From Octopus sinensis (taxonomy: Eukaryota), in assembly GCF_006345805.1 (NCBI RefSeq), contig NC_043002.1:49724001-49788000 (forward strand): 64,000 nucleotides of DNA, in the 5' to 3' direction. Shown one piece after another: positions 12,096-24,245 of this stretch. Position numbers and translations under genes: made by a program. How positions within the stretch are numbered: position 1 is the first letter of the stretch; every line of letters begins with the position of its first letter. The notes below the pieces were generated by a model. It did no database searches, was not told the origin of the DNA, and worked only from the letters and a program-made list of their open reading frames with translations.

Positions 12096-12115
12096 GACAG
12101 AATATATATATATAT

Positions 12116-12157
<42 letters not shown>

Positions 12158-13344
12158 AGGAGGGAGAGAGGAGCTGCTCCAATTAAGAAATTTAGTATCT
12201 TTCAAAATATAAGTGGAAGCAGTCCCAAAGGAGTAAAAAAAAAGTTAGCCGAAGAGTGCTATTCTGTGTAATACATACCGACACAATGTGGTACTCATCA
12301 CACACATAAGTGGACTCAGAATGTTTAGGGTTACTTAAAAATGTCAATGTCTCGTTTCTCCAAAACAGCAGCAATAACAACGATAACGACGATGACGACG
12401 ACGACAATAACGATAACAACATCATGTAACGATAACTTTGATGGCGGTTGCATATTAAAAGTACTTTTACGAATTAACACTGCAGCTGCATCCTGCTAAA
12501 ATCTAGACTCGAACCTTGACACTCACAAGACTAGCAATTTTAAGTGAGTTAATGGTGGTGGTTAGTCCATACCCGGCTGTTCTTAACTGGCGTCCATATG
12601 ACCCTTTGGGGTTCAGATAAGATTTTTGTGGTTGAAATTTATGTGCAATAAATTAGTTACACTTCTATAACAAATGAAATTATTTTAACATTTTAAAAAA
12701 CAATTCTAAGTAATATTTAATAATAAAAACAAAGAATGGGCTTTTTTTAAAAAAAACACCGAATGGCCATAGCTAGTCCAGTGGAGCAAAATAGGAATCA
12801 AAGGTTGAAAGCCACTAGTCTACACCTTAACCAGTTGAGCATGTCCTTTTGTAGCTGATAATATGCGCATTTCTGATCATGAGCAAGAGTTGTGGGAGAG
12901 AGCATCATAACCATTTATTTGTTGCGAGGGATTGTTGGGTGCATCATTCATCATTTTTTAAACAACCCTTATTCAGAGACCTTTTGACCTGAAGAAACTT
13001 TCAACTGAGCCTCACCTGCAAGGTCATGTGTTGTTTAACTTGATATGATATGAGGTCAACATGTTGCGAACATGTGCCTGGTGTACTCTTATGAGACGTG
13101 TATATTGGGCCTCGCATATTTGTACTCCAGCATGGCATGCGTTGTTCTCATACTCAATAATAATAATAATAATTAATTCTTTTATTGGCCACAAGGGCTG
13201 ACAAAAATGATAACATAAAGGGACAAAACAAGACGAAAGGTTACAAAGGGTTTTGTCCGTTTGTAAAAAAAAAACGTGTAAAAACAATGTAACAACCAAA
13301 ATCTCCCAATAGGGGGAGGCGTTACGAAAGGTTCAATTAATAAT

Positions 13345-13553
13345 AATGGTTTCAAATTTAGGTACCAGGCCAGAAAGCTCGGGGGAGGGGGATAAGTTGA
13401 TTATTTGTTCAACTGGTACTTATTTTATCGACCTGAAAAGGATTAATGGCAAAGTGACCCTCGGTGGGATTTGATCTCAGAAAGTAAAGATGGACGAAAT
13501 GCCGCCAAGCTTTTCGCTCGACATGCTAACGATTCTGCCAGCTCGCTGCCTCA
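13345..13553 (-). mobile_element. SINE family E
   Basis: Homology to the other family E copies. Confidence 0.8.
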
Positions 13554-13580
<27 letters not shown>

Positions 13581-13586
<6 letters not shown>

Positions 13587-14776
13587 GCAAGAGCAGTACC
13601 CCTAATCAAATTTGGAGTCGGAATTGTGTAGACTGGACCAAAAACGACATACAAAAGACTTGATAGAAAAACTAGAAAGCTGTTGATAATGCATAGGGCC
13701 CACCAACAGAAAGCTGATATGAACCAGCTGTAACTGAAGAGAGACCAAGGAGGAAGAGGCTTAACTGCTGTGGAAGCGTGTATACAGATGGAAAGAAAAA
13801 GCCTACTAGAATATTTACAGAGCTTCTCAGAAAAATTATTAAAGACAGTGAATAAAGAACAGGTGAACAAGTGTGGAATGGAAGAATAGAACAATAATGA
13901 AATTCAAAGAGAGCACGTTAGGTTGAAGAGCAGCCTCTGCATGGTCAATTTTGGAGAACCACTGAAGATATATGTGGAACAAAATCCTAGGCTTTGTTTA
14001 AAAAGGAGCAATTAAAAAAAGGAACAGAGAGTCTAATTGTAGTAGTCCAGGATGAAGCGATAAAAACAAACAAGGAAAAATGTTTATGGGGAGAATGCGT
14101 CGGAAAAATGTAGAGTCTGTGGAACTTGGAACGAGACAGTGGCGCACATTGTTACAGGATGTCCCAAGTTGGCACAGGAAGAATATAAGAAATGAAGGCA
14201 TGACCAAGTAGTAAAAGTTTTACACCGAGAGCTTTACCAGAAATGGGGATTTGAAGCTGGAGACACATGGTACAAACATCGAGTCGAAAGAGTGCTGGAG
14301 TCGGAGAATTGTAAGATTCTGTGGGACTTTCCTATTCAAACGGGCAAGAAGCTAGAAAATAACAGACCAGGCATAACAATAATGGATAAGGAAAAGCAAA
14401 GTTACCTACTAACTGATCCTTCATGTCCGTTTGATTCCAGGTTCATAAAGAAAGTCGACGTAAAAATTACAAACCCATAAAATTTGAATTTGCAAGAATT
14501 GGGAATATGCAAACTGTAAAGGTTGTGCCTATAATAACTAGTGCATTAGGAACTGTAAGCAAAGATATAGACAAATGGTTGAAGGAGATTCGAATAGAAT
14601 GCCCTGCTGAACTTCTATAGAAAGTTTTCCTCTTAAAAGATTATCAGGAGGGTCTTAAGCACTTGAAAGACTATTGAAAAGGTTGGGATGCCTAATGTTA
14701 CAGGTAGTAGCTCGCTACCCACATAAATTCTACCAGGAATAGGAACGAACCTGAGTCAAATCAATGATAGTAATAA
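13581..14776 (+). mobile_element. 5'-truncated, degraded R4/Dong-like non-LTR retrotransposon (RT thumb end, CCHC knuckle, restriction-like endonuclease)
   Basis: Translates with stops and frameshifts to INARAVPLIKFGVGI..WTK..LDRKTRKLL..QGGRGL, CRVCGTWNETVAHIVTGC, RHDQV, KILWDFPIQT..NNRPGI..DPSCP and KVVPIITSALG. It starts in (TAA)n at 13554-13583 and ends in taataat. Confidence 0.9.
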
Positions 14777-15335
14777 TTTTACAGTTGAAAAAAAAAAAAA
14801 AAAAAAAAAAAGCAGTAGAACAGAGTTACAAAGATCCCTTTTTAGGAACCAACGATCTGATACGAACTCACAAAAGTTAGCCATTAGAAGACAACAACGT
14901 TATCCACCGGTCCACCAACACCACACCCATCGCAGCTGTCATTCAAATTTCAACCCATCACTCGCTCTTTCTCGTTTCCACTGTCCTTCTCTACGCACAG
15001 GCCTGACCTAATTTCGTTTCACTTTTTATTTATTTACTTATTTTATTTCATTATCTGATCCGTCACTATCATTTCATTTGAGCCGCATTTGATTCTCACC
15101 ACCACCACCACCACCACCACCACCACGAACAGCAACAACAACAACAACAACGTCATTACGATCTAAATACCACAACTAAATACCATCTTAATATCAGCAT
15201 CTAGCACAAATTGACCGCTATACGCGCGCACACACACTCACACATAGCTATATAATATATACACACATACACACACATACATACTGATATTCATACATAC
15301 GTACAAATACATACATACATAGATACACACATGTG

Positions 15336-15376
<41 letters not shown>

Positions 15377-15383
<7 letters not shown>

Positions 15384-15585
15384 CGTGGCTTAGTGGTTAG
15401 GGTGTCAGCGTCATGATCGTAACATTGTGGTTTCGATTCCTGGACCGGGCGACGCGCTGTGTTCTTGAGCAAAACAATTTATTTCACGTTGCTCCAGTCC
15501 ACTCAGCTGGCAAAAATGAGTAACGCTGCGATGGACTGGCGTCTCGTCCAGCTGGGGAACACATACGCCATTGAAACCGGGCGCA
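15377..15585 (+). mobile_element. SINE family C
   Basis: tRNA-like head with A and B boxes. Homology to 11192 and 53605. Confidence 0.85.
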
Positions 15586-15587
15586 TT

Positions 15588-15634
<47 letters not shown>

Positions 15635-16039
15635 CACGTACCAATACACACTTATAAACGCACACACACACAATGGATTATCCTTCGTCGTTGAACACGG
15701 AGGAGGACCTTATCGACCTACCCACTACTCCGAACTTGCACGTCTTGTGCCAAAATTGAATACCAAAATAATAATCACACATACATCCATATGCACACAC
15801 ACATACACGCCTAAATTAGAAACAATTATTAGAGAAATGACGTTATGTCCTGAGTTCAAATCCACTACGGTTCTGCTATATACAAAATACCAGTCGAATA
15901 CTGAGTATCCATGCTACTGGCTAATCATCTTTTCAACACGGCAAAACCCTCTGTCGGAATTAGGAACAATTCTTGCAGAAATGACACAAACGTATGTATA
16001 CAAATGCGTATGTACGCGATCGCTAATAAATCCTTTCTG

Positions 16040-16247
16040 TTACAGGCACAAGGCCAGGAATTTTGTGAGGAGGGGACTAGTCGAATATATTGAGCCAGGG
16101 ATCAATTGATATTTGTTTCATTCGACCTCCAAAAGAAGAACGGCAAAACCGACCACGGCGAAATTTGAAATCAGACCACAATGACGGACGAAAAAACTGC
16201 TAAGCATTTCGTACCGCGTGTTAGCGATTCTGCCCGTTCGCCGCTTT
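16040..16247 (-). mobile_element. SINE family E
   Basis: Homology to the other family E copies. Confidence 0.75.
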
Positions 16248-16257
16248 CACGCAATCA

Positions 16258-16461
16258 TTGGAGCACCGCCTTTGGTTGAAAAAAGCCTAGTACTTGTTCT
16301 ATCGGTCTCTTGTGCCAAACCGGGAACGTAAACACACCAACATCGGTTGTCAAGCGATGGTGGGGGACAAACATAGACACACAAACATACATACATACAT
16401 ACATATATTAAAGGCGGTGCTCCAGCATGGCCGCAGTCAAATGACTGAAACAAATAAAAGA
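16258..16461. mobile_element. Two SINE-A tail fragments in opposite orientation
   Basis: Minus tail at 16258-16395 and plus tail at 16406-16461, sharing ggagcaccgcctt / aaggcggtgctcc. Confidence 0.8.
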
Positions 16462-17227
16462 ATATATATATATATATATATGCAGGCACGCGCACATACG
16501 CACTTACGCCGGCTCGCGTTGCATACGCGTCGCATACACCTCGCCCTTGGACCTGACGAGACCTCCCGCCCGTTCCTGGGACCGTCGCGTGTCGTTGGGT
16601 TTTCCCACGCCTGTCTCCGCGGTACCACTCTTCCATCTTCCCCTCAGCTGGAGTCCTTTTTCCTTAACCCCCCCCCCCTTTTTTCGTTACACACACGCGC
16701 ACACATATACACCTTGCCTATATATTACATCACTCTTACACACATTCAATCTACTCATTAATACCACCACGACACTGGACACACACACACACTACTACTC
16801 AACACACCTGGCACGCTACATACGCCCCACCCTTCCCCTCCCTCCCTTCCTCTTCCTTCTTTTTCTTATACTACTGACCTCCCTTCTCCCTTCCTTCTTT
16901 TCTTGTCTGTTAGCTGACCACTAGTCTCGCCCTACCTCACACCCTACACACAGACGCACACACTACACACACATATATTTTTTTTTTGTTTTTTCATCTC
17001 GCCTCACACACAAACACATACACACACGCACATGCACACACTCACACATACACACACATCTGTTGGGTTACCAACCTTGTCTCCACTCTTTTGCCTTTAA
17101 AAACCCACTTTGCTCTTGTTATCGTCAACATCCGCCTTCACCATGTGCAACTCGTAAACACCAGTCGTCTTTTTCTCTTTCCCTGTTGCCCGCTCTGGGA
17201 TCTTTCTTTCCTCTCTTCCTTCTTTAT

Positions 17228-17262
17228 GTTTCCGACGAAGAGCTCCGCTCGAAACGTCATAC
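17228..17262 (+). ncRNA. Minimal hammerhead ribozyme motif (Penelope/retrozyme type), one core substitution
   Basis: CCGACGA-A-GAGC(tcc)GCTC-GAAA-CG-TC. Stem II is perfect (4 bp), stem I pairs 3 of 4 (gttt/atac), and the core has U4>C. Confidence 0.6.
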
Positions 17263-17439
17263 CTCCCTGCTTCCATCTCCTGAGCGCCTATTAATAATAA
17301 TACTGTAATTGTTCCTGTTGTTGTTGTTTTTTTTGTTTCCCTTTTGGATTAAAATTATATATATATATATATATATATCTGGCAAATGGTGTACCTCCTC
17401 TCAATACTCAGCGATCAAAACCTGTGAGAATGTGCAAGA

Positions 17440-17963
17440 CAATGGCGTGGCTAATAGAGGAGCAAAGAGCGACCGCTCCTACTCGAACGCACTTTTCAAA
17501 ATTGGTGCCATTTCAACAATTTTTTTAAAAATCTTTAGTGCGATAAAGTCGAATCTTTTAAAATTTTTTTTTGTTTTTGTTAATTGCATGGCGTTGGAAG
17601 AACTTTCTAAAGTAATTACTTTATTTGACCAACTTCCCGTGATTTTGAACTGTCTGCTTAATCTCCCGTGATATGTTGGTGAGCCCTCATCTGAAGAAGA
17701 ATCAAAACAAACCCTGACGTCATAACTTCTCGACTCTGGATGATCCCGTCGAGCTTCATCTTTTTTCACGTCACATCTATATCAGTAATTATAAGTTTCA
17801 TGCATAATGGCATTACTGCTGAAACATGAAATTAATGAATGGAGAATACAATTACGTATATTACAACTGATAAAATATTTCGAGTAATATGAGAGAAATG
17901 AGTTTAAAATTATTTGATGTGTCACGGCGCTCCCACTAACTTTAGAACCCGGCTACGCCTCTG
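17440..17963. mobile_element. Older non-autonomous hAT-type element
   Basis: Ends CAATGGCGTGGCT / GGCTACGCCTCTG. The flanking 8-mers gtgcaaga and atacagga match at 5 of 8 positions (decayed TSD). Confidence 0.6.
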
Positions 17964-18051
17964 ATACAGGACATTTATTTCATCCCTTCTAGGGACGACA
18001 AAGTAAAAATTCCAACCGATGCCATCAATAACTAACTGTACAGCGGACTCT

Positions 18052-18398
18052 ATCTCTTTTACTTGTTTCAGTCATTTGAGTGCGGCCATGCTGGAGCACC
18101 GCCTTTAGTCGAGCAAATCGACCCCAGGACTTATTTGCCAAACCGCTAAGTTACGGGGACGTAAACACACCAGCATCGGTTGTCAAGTGATGTTGGGGGG
18201 ACAAACACAGACACACAAACACACACATATATATATACATATATATGACGGGCTTCTTTCAATTTCTGTCTACCAAATCCACTCACAAGGCTTTGGTCGG
18301 CCCGAGGCTATAGTAGAAGACACTTGCCCAAGGTGCCACACAGTGGGACTGAACCCGAAACCATGTGGTTCGTAAGCAAGCTACTTACCACACAGCTA
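18052..18398 (-). mobile_element. SINE family A
   Basis: Homology to the other family A copies. Confidence 0.9.
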
Positions 18399-18814
18399 CA
18401 GGAATATCTGTCCAGTGTTGTAGCGGGAGCGGTGGGAAAGGAGATGGGGAAACTGTAGGTGGTTACTGTACCACCTAAATATAGCCATCCACTCTCTCCC
18501 TTTCCCCCCAGTCAGCTGGCCTTGTGCCAAAATTTGAAACCAATAAGTATAGAGAGGTAGAAAGATCGCATTCCACCTATGACCAACTCACCTTGTTTTT
18601 TTGCTGGGAATCGAGCGAGAATGGATCGCGTTATACTCTGTGCTTTTTATAAAACACAACACAACAAATAAGATGATAGGTTAGGGTGTGATTTGAGGGA
18701 AATTTAGCTACTATTCGTAAGCAGGTCGTGCGACGATGTAAAAAGAACTTCTTTGCTGGTTCGAGATAAGGAGCTGATTGTCAGAAGTGGGTAAAATAGA
18801 AGGAAAAGAATGAA

Positions 18815-19128
18815 ATGTTGAGAAGGAGGGAGAGAGAGAGGGGAAGAAAAGAGAGAGCAATGAAGGCGGTAGAGATGAACATGGACAATATGAAGGGAAA
18901 GGAGAGAGAGAGAGAGAGGGAGAGAGAGAAGGGGAGAGAGAGAAAGGAGGTAGAGATAAACATGGACAATATGAAGGGAAAGGAGAGAGAGAGAGAGGAA
19001 GGGAGAGAGAGAAAGGAGGTAGAGATAAACATGGTCAATGTGAATGGAGAGAGGGGAGAGAGAGGGGGGAGCGAGAGATGAAGTAGGTAGAGATAAACAA
19101 GGGTAAATGGAGAAGGAGAGAGAGAAAA

Positions 19129-19166
<38 letters not shown>

Positions 19167-19185
19167 AGAGAGAGAGAGAGAGAAA

Positions 19186-19219
<34 letters not shown>

Positions 19220-19480
19220 TGAAGTAGAAATAAACATGGACAATGTGAATGGAAAGATAGAGGAGGAGGGGGACAGAGAGTAGAAGGAGAAAGGGTCAAA
19301 GGGGAGAAATAAATTTAGAAAGAGCAGAGCACAAAGAAAGCGAATATGTCCCAGGCTGTGTTGCATTAGATTAGCAAAGAGAGAGAGAGAGGGGGGAGGG
19401 AGGGATAGGGGGAAGAAATGGAAAAAACAAGGGGGGGATGGTGTATGTGAAAGAGAGAGAGAGAGAGAGAGAGAGTAGTT
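18815..19480. repeat. Polypurine tract containing a composite minisatellite
   Basis: Five copies of gtagagataaacatggacaat(a/g)tgaa separated by variable (GA)n. Confidence 0.85.
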
Positions 19481-19849
19481 TGTGCAAGCGAGTGTAGGGT
19501 GGGTAAGAATTTTTGGGGGTCCCCAACGTCAAGGCTTAGTAGTTGTTCTATTAAGGGCCTGTTGTTTCTATTCAAGCAAAGTCTGTCTTTAGGTTTCATA
19601 TTTATGACAGTGAATGGGAGCCGATGTCAAAGTTTGTCTCCAGAAAAGGGGTATTGTTATGCCGTTAGAGCTCTTGTACTTTGCGTTGTGTATCTACCTA
19701 CTTCTCTCTCTCTCCTACTCACACAGGCAATGCAGACTTTCAGTCTATCTCTGTTCATGTATATCTGGTCAAATATATCTCTTTACAAAGCTGTCTATCT
19801 CTTATACCAATTTGTCTAGCTATCTCTACGCCAATTTATCTGTTATCTT

Positions 19850-20440
19850 TTACATGTTTCAGTCATTGGGTTGCGGCCATATTGGGGGGGCACCGCCTTG
19901 AGTGGGTTTTTAGCTGAACAAATTGACTACGACAGTACTTTTTATTTTCTAAGCCCGATGCTTCATCCTACCGGTTGCATTTGTCGAACCTCTAAGTTAG
20001 GAAGACGCAAACCAACTAACACCGGTTGTCAAGTAATCGTGGGACACACACACACACACTACAAACACATACTTACATACTTTATCATCATCGTTTAACG
20101 TCCGCTTTCCATGCTAGCATGGGTTGGACGATTTGATTGAGGTCTGGCAAGTCAGAAGACTGCACCAGGCTCCAATCTGATCTGGCAGAGTTTCTACAGC
20201 CGGATGCCCTTCCTAACGCCAACCACACCGAGAGTGTAGTGGGTGCTTTTACGTGTCACCGGCACGAGGGCAAGTCAGCATGCATACAAATACATACAAC
20301 GAGCTTCTTTCAGTTTCCGGCTAGCAAATTCATTCACTAAGATATGGTCAGTGCTAGCTTACAGTAGAAGACATTTGCCCAATACGCCACGGAGTGGGAC
20401 TGAACCCGGAAGCTAACTTCTTACCACACTGCCACGAGTG
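19850..20440 (-). mobile_element. Degenerate SINE A, split by another repeat at about 20085-20285
   Basis: Tail at 19850-20065 and head at 20295-20440. The insert contains ggatgcccttcctaacgccaacc, also seen inverted at 33970-34080. Confidence 0.7.
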
Positions 20441-21054
20441 AACCTATGTGTGTATGTGAAGGTGAGCCTATACCAATTCGTCTATCACTATACCATATAT
20501 TTTAGTTTATCTATTGTATTTTAAAACTAATCCTTCTGCCTCTCTATCCTACTTACACATCTCTTTGCCTAAATCTCTGTATTTGTTCATGTCAGTAGCT
20601 ATTCACCTGCTTACCTGTCTGTTTTTCTATCTTCCTATAAGGTCTGCCAATCCTCTTGCCTGTATTCCTATCTCTTTACCATTCTCCTATTCGTATCTCT
20701 ACACCAGTCTATCTGTCTGTTTTACCTTCCTCAATACCAATTTGTCTGTCTATCTCTAGGCCAATCTATCTATCTATCTATCTATCTACCTACCTACCTA
20801 CCTATTTGTCTGTCTGTCTCTATACCAGTCTACCTGTATGTTTATCTCTATAACAATCTCTCTGTCTCTCTACCAATCTATTTACCTGTTACCGTGCCTG
20901 TCTACCTGCCTGCCTATGTTTATGTCAAAGTCTGCCTATCATTTATACCAATGTCAAACTCTGTCTACCTCTACACCAATCCATCTCTCTCCCTATACCA
21001 ATCAGTCTATCTGACACTCTAATCAACCCAGTCACCAGTCTATCTGCCTGTCGA

Positions 21055-21085
<31 letters not shown>

Positions 21086-21549
21086 AGATCAATCCCTTTA
21101 TCTGCCAATCTTTATACCACCAGTCTATCTTTCTATCTTTCAATATACCACTGCGTTTGTCTTGTCTGTCTCAACACCAATCTATATCTCTGTCTATCTA
21201 TCTCTATATACCAGTCTATCTACCAAGCGAAATAAACAACCCTCAGCCATTGATGGTTCTGAGAGTTGTTCTGGGAATGGTAGCGGCCTTTAGCTATTAC
21301 AGTGTTCATTCTAGTGCTGGAGTTGGCCCTAAACAACAGAGTTATGCTAAACTTCTTTGACAAGCCAGACATAAAAAACATAGACGTTTTCTGATTTATT
21401 TGGTATTTCACCTACATACGGGCTTTTTCTCAGATTGGTGGTGGCAGCTTCTTTCTCTCTTTTTTTCCTTCCTTCCTTCTGTCCTTCTTTCCTTTCTTTT
21501 CTAACCTTTTTTTAAAGTTTTATGTAGGTTTGTGAGCTGTTATTGTTGG

Positions 21550-21628
21550 AGGGACAGGAGGAGAGAGAGAGAGTGTGAATGAGTGAGAGAGTGCGTGTGA
21601 ATGAGTGAGAGAGTGTGAGAAGTAAGCT

Positions 21629-21664
<36 letters not shown>

Positions 21665-22260
21665 GAGAGAGAGTGAGTGAGTGAAGTGTGGGGAAGGAGA
21701 TGAGTGTTACTTTTTAGAGAGAAAGAGAAAACAGGTGAGTGTGGGAAAGAGAAGATGAGGGAATTAATGAGATAGCTGGGGAATGAGTGAGAGGGATGAG
21801 AAAGATTGAGTGAGAGGTGGGGGAATGAGTGAATTTAGGAGTAGGAGAAAGGGAGAGAAAGAAAAAGCAAACTGAGTGAAAGAGAGGATGAAGATAGATA
21901 GGGAAGGAGGAGTGAGAGTGAAGGAGAGAGCTGGAAATGAGAGGCACGAAGGGATGAGTGAAGCGAAAGAGGGAATCGGAAAATGAATGAAAGCATTGAA
22001 TGAATGAAAGTGATAGCCGGTGACTGAGTGAATGAATGAGAGAGATGGGGAATGAATGAGAGTGAATGTAAAAAGATGAAGAATGAACGAGAGTGTGAGT
22101 GAATGAGAGAGATGAGGGATGAGTGAGAGTGTGAGTGAATGAGAGATGGAGGAATGAGTGATAGAATAAAGAATGAAAGATAAAAACCCAAAAACTATAA
22201 ATGAGACAAAAATAGATTGAGAGAGAGAGTGATAGAGTAGAAAAGAGATTTATACACCCC
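21550..22260. repeat. GA/GAGT/GAAT-rich polypurine low-complexity tract
   Basis: Direct reading of the sequence. Confidence 0.9.
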
Positions 22261-22532
22261 TTATATATATATGTATGCTTGTGTGTGTGTATATATATAT
22301 ATATACATATATATATAGGGAGAGAGAGGGGGAGAGAAAAGAAAGAATGAGAGGATAAAGTGAGAAAGAGGTTTTATCAGTAGACTAGGGGTGGCGGAGA
22401 GGGGATGAAGGAAAAGAGGATGTTGGTTAACTGTATACAATTCCATCGTCTTCCTTCCCCCCACTCTGAAACACATTCAGATTTATATACATACATATAT
22501 ATATATATTCTACAAACAGATATATATATTCT

Positions 22533-22593
<61 letters not shown>

Positions 22594-23165
22594 CACACAC
22601 ATACATATACATGCACACATATACATGGACACACACACACACACATATATATATATGTGTGTGTGTGTGTATTACAGGCATACTTTGAAGCCTGAATGTC
22701 AGGAAACAACTATAAATTATAGAACTTGCTATACGGGGGTCCTACTTAGAGTGTGCAAGGAGAGAGGAGAGTAATACAGAGAGAAGAGAGGTAGAAAGTA
22801 ATAGGAGGAGTAGGAAGAGACGAGCACAAAGAGAGAGAGAGAGATGGGTGGATGGGTGGAGGTAAATAAGAACGTGAAAGGTAAATGGTGGGTGTCAGAG
22901 GTGGGGTGGAGAAGAGTAAAGGCAATAAGGGAATTAGCAAGAGATTACGAAGAGCAAATGAATAAGAAAGTAAACGAAACAGATGAAGGGCGGAGGTGAA
23001 GTGGGAGGTGAGATATCACTAGAACATGAGTGTGTGTGTGGGGGAAGGGCGTGTACATTACATATATGTGTGTATGTGTGTGTGGTTGTATGTATATATT
23101 TAGGTGTGTGTGTGTGTGTGCGGTGTTATGGCCAGGTGAACAGATAAGGACGAGCAGTTGTATTG

Positions 23166-23215
23166 ACCTCGTATTAACTAGGGGTTTATAGTTAGTCCCT
23201 AGTTAATACTACGGT
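23166..23215. ncRNA. Hairpin with perfect 13-bp stem (pre-miRNA-like candidate)
   Basis: gtattaactaggg (23171-23183) pairs with ccctagttaatac (23197-23209), with an imperfect outward extension acc/ggt. Confidence 0.25.
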
Positions 23216-23370
23216 GTTGATGGCATGCAAAAAAAAAAAAGCCGTGGCAGTTGTAATTCGAGTGCAAATTTAACTAAAGACATCCCAATCTTGACCATCT
23301 CGTCTTTATTCTGACTCAGTGTGTGCATGTATTTGTGTGTATTCATCTAAGATCTACATACCCACCTTCT

Positions 23371-23405
<35 letters not shown>

Positions 23406-23679
23406 CAAAATAATAAATAAAACATATATACATACATATATGTACGTACCTACATATATATGTATATATACATGCATATATGGGTACAGGATACAAAAAA
23501 AAAAAAACGTCGAACACAATGAGAAACGAAAACATAAACACAAAACCAAGGAAATTGACATTTTTCTTAAACAATGAAAAAATAGAGTACAAGACATACA
23601 ACCCAAGGAACATTCCCCTTCTTCAGCCGCCTGTTTCATCTACTCCGCGTTTCGAAGGTATGTGTGTGTGTGTCGACGA

Positions 23680-24006
23680 GGGTTCCAGTTGATCCGATTA
23701 ACGGAACAGCCTGCTCGTGAAATTAACGTCCAAGTGGCTGAGCACTCCACAAATACGTGTACCCTTAACGTAGTTCTCGGGGAGATTCAGCGTGACACAC
23801 AGTGTGACAAGGCTGGCCCTTTGAAATACCGGTACAACAGAAACATGAAGAAAGAGTGAAAGAAAGTTGTGGTGAAAGAGTACAGCAGGGTTCACCACCA
23901 CCTCCTACCGGAGCCTCACGGAGCTTTGGGTGTTTTCGCTCAATAAACACTCACAATGCCCGGTCTGGGAATCGAAACCGCGATCCTACGACCGCGAGTC
24001 CGCTGG
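23680..24006 (-). mobile_element. SINE family B with long 3' tail
   Basis: Head is the reverse complement of the family B head. The tail is shared with 53605-53760. Confidence 0.85.
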
Positions 24007-24043
24007 GTCATTGTAACCTCCATATATATATATATATATATAT

Positions 24044-24245
24044 TAGACTGCGGCCATGCTGGGGCACCGCTCGAAGAATTTTGATCGAACGAATAGACCC
24101 CAGTACTTATAGTTTGAAGCCTAGTTCTTATTTTATCGATCTCTTTTGCCGAACCACTAAGTTACGGCGACGTAAACACACCAACACCTGTTGACAAACA
24201 CAGATACAACACATATATTCATATAACGGGTTTCTTTCAACTTTT
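24044..24245 (-). mobile_element. SINE A fragment
   Basis: Homology to the family A tail. Confidence 0.75.

Noticed and set aside
16553-16600. CTGACGA-GAC...GTC as a hammerhead
   Set aside because: Followed by GCGT rather than GAAA, so there is no catalytic core.
23626-23662. 31-nt micro-exon (ttcttcag|...gaag|gtatgt), or a type II hammerhead on the minus strand
   Set aside because: The flanking A-rich block looks like an interspersed repeat. In the ribozyme reading, stem II would consume core G8/A9 and stem I does not pair.
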